Source: Promethearchaeota archaeon (GTDB taxonomy: Archaea > Asgardarchaeota > Lokiarchaeia > Sigyniarchaeales > SOKP01). From it: 15,968 nt of DNA. The stretch lies in assembly GCA_048939015.1 (NCBI GenBank), contig JBHLPW010000088.1, forward strand, positions 1 to 15,968, written 5' to 3'. The notes under the pieces were generated by a model. The model was not told the DNA's origin. It was given only the letters and a program-made list of their open reading frames with translations, and searched no databases. The translations under genes and the position numbers were made by a program. Of this stretch, positions 1-8,100 are shown piece after piece. Each line of letters opens with the position of its first letter. Positions within the stretch are counted from its first letter, which is position 1.

Positions 1-35
1 GGCATTAAATATGGAAAATTTCTTACTTTTTTCAT
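1..35 (-). CDS. Possible 5' end of a gene running off the left edge (MKKVRNFPYLMP...)
   Basis: ATG at 35 on the minus strand is open to the window edge and diverges from the 172 ORF across an AT-rich spacer. Only 11 full codons are visible. Confidence 0.3.
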   Translation of the reverse strand, partial: MKKVRNFPYLM

Positions 36-171
36 GATGATTCTAGATAGTTATTTACGCTATAACAAATTTTTATTTTTTGAATTAACTTTTTAAGCAA
101 ATCAAATGCTAATATTTACTAGAGTAATACTTGTTTTTATACTCAATTTTAGAAATTAGGGTTATCAAATA

Positions 172-699
172 TTGGAGCAATATAAAAAAGAATTAAATGA
201 GAGAATATTTAATCCAACCGAAAATATCAACTCTGTAAAGGGATTTGAAATAATATCTGAGTCTTTAGTCTATCAAGTTTTTGATGTATTCGGACGTAAT
301 AGCTTATTGTCTATTCTATATCAAACTGGAGTTCATCCTGGGAATATTATAGCAGAAAGAATTAAAAAAGAATATGGAAAAGAAAAATTTGAAATAGTGG
401 AAGCTTTAGTAATTCTAATGGATGAGTTAAAAGAATTTTATTCGATACAAGTTCGAGACGTTGAACAATACGAAGATAAATACAGAATTGTTATTGAAAA
501 TCACTGTTTTTTACGTAAACCAATAAGTCACCGTGAGAAATTAGATTTTGGAAAAGCATTTTGTAGAATTAATAAGGGATATTTTGAAACGGCGTTCCAA
601 AAATTATTGGGGGATAATATAAAGAAGATTGAGATAAATTTTCTCGAAAATGATGATGAAAAGGATGTTTGTGTTGAAGAACTAAATTTTTACCTTTAA
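172..699 (+). CDS. V4R / TRAPP-Bet3 / MetOD1-like fold protein (putative small-ligand or metal-binding domain)
   Basis: 175 aa, TTG start. Helical N-half (LYQTG..G..IA). C-half pattern IENHCF...AFCRINKGYFE...EINF...DVCVEELNF with three spaced Cys resembles V4R-type domains. Family call is by motif recognition only. Confidence 0.55.
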   Translation: MEQYKKELNERIFNPTENINSVKGFEIISESLVYQVFDVFGRNSLLSILYQTGVHPGNIIAERIKKEYGKEKFEIVEALVILMDELKEFYSIQVRDVEQYEDKYRIVIENHCFLRKPISHREKLDFGKAFCRINKGYFETAFQKLLGDNIKKIEINFLENDDEKDVCVEELNFYL

Positions 700-712
700 A
701 AATTTAACCTAA

Positions 713-730
713 AATAAAAAGAAAAAAAAA
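713..730 (-). terminator. Oligo-T tract, likely archaeal intrinsic terminator of the decayed minus-strand gene
   Basis: A-rich run on the plus strand, about 25 nt downstream of the TAA at 753-755. Confidence 0.35.
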
Positions 731-752
731 TCATTAAGTTATAACAATAACT

Positions 753-950
753 TTACTTATAATCTTGTTCATGTAAAGCCCAATAACTCAATATAGAGAT
801 TATTTCTTCCTTTCCATTGAATCCTAGTATTTTATTAGTATACTCGTCATTAATTATTACAATTTATGGTTGTGCTCTTAATAGATTTAATTTTTTCATT
901 GCATCTTTTTCTGTTTGATCTGGTTCTACGTACAGAAATTCAGATTTAAA
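753..950 (-). pseudogene. CBS-domain-like gene remnant (C-terminal fragment with internal stop)
   Basis: Manual translation: FKSEFLYVEPDQTEKDAMKKLNLLRAQP*IVIINDEYTNKILGFNGKEEIISILSYWALHEQDYK*. Matches the CBS pattern (hxVxPdxT..dAh..h / hVhh.....khhGh....dhh). In-frame TAA at 864-866; no upstream start, with TAA at 951-953. Confidence 0.55.
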
Positions 951-1033
951 TTATAAAAAATCAAGAATAAAAAAAAATTAAAACGAATGTTAAATTTAAG
1001 TTAACAAAAATACAATTTCCGATTTAATTTTAA

Positions 1034-1040
1034 GAGGTTG
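1034..1040 (+). promoter_or_regulatory. Shine-Dalgarno-like site GAGGTTG
   Basis: Lies 9 nt upstream of ATG 1050, supporting 1050 over TTG 1038 as the start. The same core occurs at 3599-3604 and 9078-9084 (minus). Confidence 0.6.
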
Positions 1041-1049
1041 AAAAAACAA

Positions 1050-2222
1050 ATGACAGATATTAAAAATGTAGTTGTAGTAGGTGCAGGGCAAATGGGTCAT
1101 GGAATTGGCCAAATGGCTTTGATGGCAGGATATAACGTAACACTGGTAGATATAAAAGATGAATATGTTGACAAAGGATGGTCTAAAATAGATGAAGGTA
1201 TGAAAAAACTCGAAGCAAAAGGTACTTTACCAGAAGGTAAAACCGCTGCTGATTTAATGGCAAATTGTAAAAAATCAACTGATTTAGCATCAGCAGTAAA
1301 AGATGCTGATATTATGATTGAAGCTGTTATTGAAAAAATGGATATAAAACAGCAAGTTTTTAAAACTTGCGGAGATAATGCACCATCTCATTGTATTCTT
1401 GCATCAAATACGTCTACAATGAGCATTACAGATATAGGTAAAGAATCTGGTAGACCAGATAAGTGTATAGGAATGCATTTTTTTAATCCAGTTCCCTTAA
1501 TGAAGTTGATTGAGGTGATTTATAGTGAACATTCTTCTGATGAAAGTATAAACAGTGGAATGGATTTTGCAAAGTCAATACCTTGTTTACGAGGAGAACG
1601 ATATATCGCAAAAGTGCTAAAGGATAGACCGGGATTTATCTGTAATCGAGTTACTGCACCCCCCCAAATTTATCAAAATTATGTGTTTGATAAATGTGCT
1701 GAAGAAGGATTCTCGTGGGACCAACTGGATAATGATGCTCGATCTGGACCGATGTCAGTTACAGTTTTAGCGGATTATGTAGGTATCGATGTTTTATACC
1801 ATGGTCAAATGTATTATTCCAAAACACTTTCACCTGATTTTGCTCCAGGTAAAGTAATTACTAAGTTGTACAATGAAGGAAAGCTAGGTATGAAAACAGG
1901 ACAAGGCTTTCGTGACTGGTCAAAAGGTAGACCACAGCCAGATAAGAGTGCTGGAAAAGCACGAATTTATAAGTTAAAATATCCAATAGCGATTATGCTT
2001 AATGAAGCATGTAGACTTTTAGAGGAAGGAGTTACCACTAGTTGGGAAGTAATTGACAAATCAGTAATGGCAGGTATGAACATGCCAGGACCAATGGCTC
2101 CAAATATAAATACTTGGCAGAAGCAAGTGGAAGTATTAAATGAACTTGTTGAGCTCACAGGTATAGAATATTTTAAACCTTGTGAATTATTAAAATCTGG
2201 TAAGTGGGTAGATATGAAATAA
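1050..2222 (+). CDS. 3-hydroxyacyl-CoA dehydrogenase, NAD-dependent, long form with duplicated C-terminal domain (paralog 1)
   Basis: GAGQMGHG Rossmann motif, acidic LVD, IEAVIE, ASNTST, catalytic GMHFFNPVPLMKLIE, DRPGFICNR, GKLGMKTGQGF, and a second C-domain (LNEACRLLEEG...GMNMPGP). Start set at ATG 1050 because both paralogs begin MTDIKN and an SD precedes it. Confidence 0.95.
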   Translation: MTDIKNVVVVGAGQMGHGIGQMALMAGYNVTLVDIKDEYVDKGWSKIDEGMKKLEAKGTLPEGKTAADLMANCKKSTDLASAVKDADIMIEAVIEKMDIKQQVFKTCGDNAPSHCILASNTSTMSITDIGKESGRPDKCIGMHFFNPVPLMKLIEVIYSEHSSDESINSGMDFAKSIPCLRGERYIAKVLKDRPGFICNRVTAPPQIYQNYVFDKCAEEGFSWDQLDNDARSGPMSVTVLADYVGIDVLYHGQMYYSKTLSPDFAPGKVITKLYNEGKLGMKTGQGFRDWSKGRPQPDKSAGKARIYKLKYPIAIMLNEACRLLEEGVTTSWEVIDKSVMAGMNMPGPMAPNINTWQKQVEVLNELVELTGIEYFKPCELLKSGKWVDMK

Positions 2223-2265
2223 ACTTTTGGAATTGTATAATTTTACTCAAAATTGGTGAATTAGT

Positions 2266-3453
2266 ATGACTGATATTAAAAATATTGTAACATTAGGTGT
2301 TGGCCTTATGGGCCAAGGAATTGCCCAAGTTGCCTTAATGGCAGGCTATAATGTCACATTAGTAGATGTTAATGAAGAATTGGTGAATAAAGCATATACG
2401 AGTATTGAGAAAGGTGTTAAAAAATCTGAAGAAAAAGGTGTATTAGGAGAGGGTGTGACGTCGGCTGATATAATGGCAAGATGTAAAAAATCTACTGATT
2501 TAGCTTCAGCTGTGAAAGCCGTCGATATGGTTATTGAAGCTGTTATAGAAAAAATGGACATTAAAAAGCAAGTTTGCAAAACAACAATGGATAATGGTCC
2601 TTCACATATTATTTTTGCTTCAAATACTTCGACAATGAGCATAACAGAAATCGGTAAAGATTGTGGTGCTCCAGACAGAGTTTCAGGGATGCATTTCTTC
2701 AATCCTGTCCCCTTAATGAGATGTATTGAAGTAATTCGAGGAGAAGATACTTCTGATAAAACATTTCAACAGACTATGGATGTAGCAAACAACCTACCTT
2801 GTTTAAGAGGTGCAAGATATATTGCTCCTGTTTTAAAAGATCGTCCTGGATTTATAGTAAACAGGATGAATGCTCCTATGCAAATATATTTAGGGTGGGT
2901 TTTTGATACTGCTAAAGAAAAAGGAATACCTGCGGAAGGTATTGATGCAGATGCAGGAGGAAAAATGCCGATGGGACCATGTGAGTTATCTGATTACGTT
3001 GGTTTAGATACTATGATACATGTGATGAATTATTACAAAGAAACACTTTCACTCGACTTTGAACCACCAAAAGTTGTTAAAGAAATGGTAGACACAGGTA
3101 ATTTGGGAGCAAAAACAGGTAAAGGATTTTATGATTGGAGTTCTGGAAGGGAGGGAATTAAAGCAAAAGTGAAAGCTGCAGAACCGGCAGGATTATTTAA
3201 TTTAGAAACTTCAATGGCGATTTTATTGAATGAAGGATGCCGAATATTAGAAGAGGGTATTGCATCTGGTTTTAAAATTATTGATGATGCAAATATGGCT
3301 GGAATGAATAGCCCAGGACCTTTTGCAGCAGGTAAAAAGAATTTTGAAAAATGGAGTGGTATACTAGAAGAATTAGCAAACAAAACTGGAAAAGATTATT
3401 TAAGACCTTGCGCCTTAATGAAATCTGGAGAATTTGCTAAAATGAGAAAGTAA
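2266..3453 (+). CDS. 3-hydroxyacyl-CoA dehydrogenase, NAD-dependent, long form (paralog 2)
   Basis: GVGLMGQG, IEAVIE, ASNTST, GMHFFNPVPLMRCIE, DRPGFIVNR, PMGPCELSDYVGLD, GNLGAKTGKGFY. SD-like GGTGA at 2255-2259; 43-nt gap from paralog 1. Confidence 0.95.
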   Translation: MTDIKNIVTLGVGLMGQGIAQVALMAGYNVTLVDVNEELVNKAYTSIEKGVKKSEEKGVLGEGVTSADIMARCKKSTDLASAVKAVDMVIEAVIEKMDIKKQVCKTTMDNGPSHIIFASNTSTMSITEIGKDCGAPDRVSGMHFFNPVPLMRCIEVIRGEDTSDKTFQQTMDVANNLPCLRGARYIAPVLKDRPGFIVNRMNAPMQIYLGWVFDTAKEKGIPAEGIDADAGGKMPMGPCELSDYVGLDTMIHVMNYYKETLSLDFEPPKVVKEMVDTGNLGAKTGKGFYDWSSGREGIKAKVKAAEPAGLFNLETSMAILLNEGCRILEEGIASGFKIIDDANMAGMNSPGPFAAGKKNFEKWSGILEELANKTGKDYLRPCALMKSGEFAKMRK

Positions 3454-3466
3454 ATATCAAATATTT

Positions 3467-3501
3467 AATTTTTATTCATTCTTTTTTTTTTATTTATTTT
3501 T
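3467..3501 (+). terminator. Oligo-T terminator after the dehydrogenase pair
   Basis: T10 run at 3482-3491 with flanking T runs, just after the stop at 3453. Confidence 0.55.
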
Positions 3502-3611
3502 ATGATAACGAAATTCATTTTGAAAATTTTTAATTTTAATAAAAATAATACTAAATATCTTAAAATCAAATTTTAATAATGGTAAAAACAATTTAAAAGA
3601 GGTTAGATTAA

Positions 3612-4442
3612 ATGTCAGAAAAGAAATTTGAACATGTAGAGGTTGAGAAAAACGAAGAAGGAAATTATGCAGTTATTTCCATCAATAGACCCGATAAATT
3701 AAATGCACTTACAACACAAACCTTAAGAGAGATTTATGAAGCAATGGAACAATTCGAACTTGAACCTACTGTTAGATGTATTGTCCTGAGAGGTACAAAA
3801 AATGTTACAAAAAAACCTGCATTTTCTGCTGGTGCTGATTTATCTTCTCCCATGGGAAAGGGATTAAAACCAAATATTCCAGTTCATTGGACAATATCAA
3901 TGCAACAAAAACATAAATATTATACATTAATTGAACAATTTCCAAAACCAGTAATTGGGGCTGTGGATGGTTATGCTTTTGGAGGAGGATGTGAATTATC
4001 TCTTGTTTGTGATATTCTAATTGCTACCAAACGATCTTTTTTTGGATTTCCTGAAATAGCAAGAGGTATTTTTCCTGGTAATGGAGGAACTCAAAGAATG
4101 GCAAGACGTATCGGGGTAAATCGAGCATTAAACATGATTTATTTTGGAGAACGTGTGTCAGCAGAGAAAATGTATGAATGGGGGCATGTAAGTTATTTAT
4201 GTGATGATGGCGAAGAATTTGAAAAGCTTGTTCATGAAAAAGCTTCAAAGTTAGGATGTGGACCTACTACTAGTCTATTATGCATAAAGAAAGCAGTTAA
4301 ATTTGGAACTCAAGTACCCTTAGATATTGGAATCCAGTTCGAAATGCTTGGATTCGGAGTAAACGCAGGCTCTAAGGATGTTAATGAAGGCATTACAGCA
4401 TTTCTACAAAAACGGGACCCAAAATTCACTGGTGGAATATAA
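3612..4442 (+). CDS. Enoyl-CoA hydratase (crotonase family)
   Basis: INRPDKLNAL, FSAGADL oxyanion motif, PKPVIGAVDGYAFGGGCEL, FGFPEIARGIFPGNGGTQR (both catalytic Glu present), C-terminal EGITAFLQKRDPKF. SD GAGGTT at 3599-3604. Confidence 0.95.
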   Translation: MSEKKFEHVEVEKNEEGNYAVISINRPDKLNALTTQTLREIYEAMEQFELEPTVRCIVLRGTKNVTKKPAFSAGADLSSPMGKGLKPNIPVHWTISMQQKHKYYTLIEQFPKPVIGAVDGYAFGGGCELSLVCDILIATKRSFFGFPEIARGIFPGNGGTQRMARRIGVNRALNMIYFGERVSAEKMYEWGHVSYLCDDGEEFEKLVHEKASKLGCGPTTSLLCIKKAVKFGTQVPLDIGIQFEMLGFGVNAGSKDVNEGITAFLQKRDPKFTGGI

Positions 4443-4458
4443 AATCTCCCTTAACCTA

Positions 4459-4500
4459 TTTTTTCCATTACATTTTTTAACCCTTTTTTTTGATATTTTT
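4459..4500 (+). terminator. Pyrimidine/oligo-T tracts after the hydratase
   Basis: Several T5-T8 runs within 60 nt of the stop codon. Confidence 0.45.
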
Positions 4501-4551
4501 GTGTAGCTAATTGTTATTATTATTTGAAATAATATCATCAAACTTTGAAAA

Positions 4552-5109
4552 ATGATTAGGAACTCTGAAGTAGTTGAAGAACTTATAGATGGAAATCTTT
4601 TGTTAAGAAAAATATCTAAAGATGATGCAGAATTTATATTTAAAAGTTTAAATGATAATGATTTAACCACTTATTTATCCTTAGGTCCATTAAAAACATT
4701 TGAATACGCGAAAAGATTAGTGAAAAATTATTTAAAATATTGGGATAATAATATTCAATTTAATTATATTATCGAACTAATGGGAGAGAAAAAAGTAAAA
4801 GTTGGCTCCATTAGTCTTTGGAATATTAATTGGAAACATTATAGAGCTCAGATTGGTATCTGGATAATTCCCACTTTCTGGAATAAAGGATTAGGAGAAA
4901 AATCTATAAACCTAATGAAAATTATTGGATTTAAACATCTCAAAATTAATCGATTTGAAGCTTACATAGCAGCAGAAAATAAGAGATCAATATTTCTTTT
5001 TAAAAAATGTGGATTTAAAGAAGAAGGAACTTTAAAGCAATATTTGAATTTTCAAGGGAAGTTCTATGATGCCTTGGTGCTAGCTTATTTAAAAGAGAAT
5101 GGAATTTAA
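4552..5109 (+). CDS. GNAT family N-acetyltransferase, RimJ/RimL (Acetyltransf_3) type
   Basis: LLLRKISKDDAE start, AQIGIWIIPTFWNKGLG acetyl-CoA motif, ENKRSIFLFKKCGFKEEGTLK, GKFYD. Substrate unknown. Confidence 0.9.
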   Translation: MIRNSEVVEELIDGNLLLRKISKDDAEFIFKSLNDNDLTTYLSLGPLKTFEYAKRLVKNYLKYWDNNIQFNYIIELMGEKKVKVGSISLWNINWKHYRAQIGIWIIPTFWNKGLGEKSINLMKIIGFKHLKINRFEAYIAAENKRSIFLFKKCGFKEEGTLKQYLNFQGKFYDALVLAYLKENGI

Positions 5110-5125
5110 GAAACTCCAATTATAC

Positions 5126-5158
5126 AACTATTTATAGTTAAAAGAAGGGTCTTCTTTT
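5126..5158. terminator. Two adjacent short hairpins between convergent genes, possible bidirectional terminator
   Basis: AACTA-ttta-TAGTT (5126-5139) and AAAAGAAG-ggt-CTTCTTTT (5140-5158). Both stems are weak and AT-rich. Confidence 0.4.
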
Positions 5159-5199
5159 GTTCACATTACACTTCTTTTATGGCATTAGCTAATTCTTTT

Positions 5200-8100
5200 T
5201 TATTCCGATGGCACAGTTTTTTCCTTAATTGGGACTGGTATTTTAGCTTCGGTTTCTTGAGTAGGTTTCTTCTTCCGGATTGGTGGTTTTAACTTTAATA
5301 CACTGGATGTTTTACTCAATTCCGTTGTATAAATGGAGTTAAATGCTTTTTCACGACTACTAATTTTTATATTGGGGGCAGTTTTACGTTTTAAACTTTT
5401 TCTGAATTTCCGAACTCTCCTAACAGGTTTTGGAAATCTCAATACACGCATATAAACTATAAGATATGACACTAAAATTCCCGCAGCTATTGAGATACCT
5501 ATTAATAATCCTTGAAATAATAGTAAATCTTGTTTAGGCCTAATTACACTTAAAACAATTTCATAAGGTTCAAAAGCATAATGATCCCCAGCATATGCAT
5601 ATACGGTTATAATAAATGAACCTTCTGGGACATCTGATATGACCACTTCATATATACCATCATTCTCAGGATCAGTCAATTCACCTGGCTCATATTGCCA
5701 TCTATAAGTTACTGTTGCTCCTTTAATCATACCACCAAAATCTAAATCATATAATACTATACTTAACGTAATAGATTTACCTGGAGAAGTAGAAATGGTG
5801 TTTTTACCAGATACCGTTGTTATATTCGTGCTAATTCTTTGAATATTAATATAAATATTTTGGATGAAGAAAGGTTGAAAATTCGGTCTTTCAGCCAGAA
5901 TACTAAAAACATTAATACCAATACTTAATTGAGTTGTATTAACGATAAGATAATATTGTTCTAAACTGGCATTTTCATCTAAAACCGCTGTAAGATCTCC
6001 ATCTAACCGAATCGTTGCTCCTGGAATGAAATTTCCTGTTTTACCATCAAAAAATCTTAGAGTGAAATTTACTAGACTCCTTACAGGCACTTCCAGATAT
6101 GGATCATCTGTTTTGTTTACCGTATTTAGCAATAGTACACCATCCGATTCTCTTTCAACAACTTGTACAAAAAATTCTATTAATGCATATTGATAATTTT
6201 CTATTTGTGCTCCTATAGATAGTCTATTTAGACTTTTTTCTAAATCAAACACATTTACAGTTATATTATAGAATTCTAATATTGGATTCTCATCTAAGCT
6301 GCCTTTACCGAATAATTCGATTGTTGCATTATTAAGGAATGTTTTTGTCACATTATCAAGGTACTTTACAGTAACATTGAGTATATCATTAATTTCAGCC
6401 TCTATTGTCTCACCATCAAAATATTGAGTACCATTTATATATAATTCTATACTCGATTCCTTTTCATCAATTAACACTGTTACCAATTCTGTAGAAAAAG
6501 TATAATTATCCTTGTTTGCAGTTATCGTTAAAAATTTAACACCTGCTCCTAACAATTCCGTCTCAACTATTATACTGTAGTAATGCAAAATTGGATGTTC
6601 ATCTAAATCTTCTGGAGTTCCTGTTTCAATCATTTGGACAGAGGCAGAACTGATTAACAAATCACTAATAAAATCTCTATAGAAAACAGTAATATTTAGG
6701 AAATCTCCAACAGAAGTGTTATAATATTGAGATGGGATATATAGTGAGTTATTAATATAGATTTCTAGATTAGTTTCTCTTTCTAATACAGATATTGTTA
6801 TGATTTTGGTTGCTATACTATAATTATCCTTTCGAGCTGAAATGGTTAAAAAGTTAACTCCAAGTTTTAATTTACTTGTGCTAATATCTGTAGAATAATT
6901 TAATGGAGAATTTTCGGTGAAATTTATTGAAATTCCTGTTCCTATTAGTTGTACTAAAGCATTATCAATGAAATTATCTGTTAAAGTATCATTATATGTA
7001 ATAGCAATGTTTAAATTCTCATTCCATGGAATTTCTATTAGGATAGATTCAGTTTTGTTCAAATATATTTTATCAATATAAGAACTTCTTTCAAGGACTT
7101 CAATTTTAAAACGAATTGATTGAGAAGTGTAATTTTCTTTTATGGCATTAACACTTAAATACGTCGTCCCTAACCCTAAATCTTTAGTATCAATTATAAT
7201 AGTATATTGATCCAATCCATAATCTAATAAATCTTGAGGGTCACCTAATCCAATTAAACTTACATTAGCATTATTAATATGAACATAAGGATACGATTCT
7301 TTATCCTTATACGTAATTGTTATGTTTCCACTGTTTCCATATATCATTGTGATCGATTTATCTAATGTTTCATTGTTTCTATCTAAATATAATTGTAAAT
7401 CCGTCTCTCTTTCTAGAACTTTAATGTTAATCAGAATAGATTTTGATTCATAGTATTTTTTACTTGCAGACAGAGTTAAGTAATTATTTGAAAGATTTAA
7501 TTTAGATGTATGAACAGTAATGTTATATTGACCTATAATATCATCTTCTGATAAATTTTTAGGAGATCCTAACCCAATTAATTGCACTGTAGCATTTTGA
7601 ATAAAGTCTGATGAGGTTTGGTTTTTGTATACAAATGTAATATTAACTGCGTCCCCCATAGTGACCTCGATTGATTTTTCCAAAGTTTTATCTATAGAGT
7701 TTAGTAGTAGATCATAAGAAGTTGTTTCTTCTACAATGTTTTCTGTATACGATATTAATAGACTAGCATTATCTATTGATACTGTGATTGTTTGATTTAA
7801 AGTAAAAGTATCTGCTAAATATACTTGTATAGAGACTGATATATTTACCTCTTTTAAAATCAGACTTGTAACATCAAATCCTCCACTTTTTATATCTTGA
7901 AAGGTATCTTTCGCTTTAGATAATTTAACAGTTTCAGTATGGACTCTATTATTTATATATACTCTAATCTCTGAATTAGGAGACGACGTTGTCCAATTCT
8001 GTTGATCAATTTTATACTTGAAATTCAATGTAGCATTTTCAATATCGATATTTGATCCCATTAATGTATTTCCTATTTGATTCCATGAAAGAGATGTAAA

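Noticed and set aside
864-866. Recoding (Sec/Pyl) of the internal stop in the CBS-like fragment
   Set aside because: The codon is TAA, not TGA or TAG, and the fragment lacks a 5' end; decay is the simpler explanation.
1038-1049. TTG start given by the ORF track for dehydrogenase 1
   Set aside because: It overlaps the SD-like GAGGTTG; ATG 1050 gives MTDIKN, identical to the start of paralog 2.
1967-3383. Antisense ORFs 1967-2158, 2346-2702 and 3129-3383
   Set aside because: Shadow frames of well-supported dehydrogenase genes; their mutual similarity simply mirrors the paralogy.
4024-4670. Antisense ORFs 4024-4248 and 4404-4670
   Set aside because: They overlap the hydratase and GNAT on the opposite strand and show no recognisable motifs.
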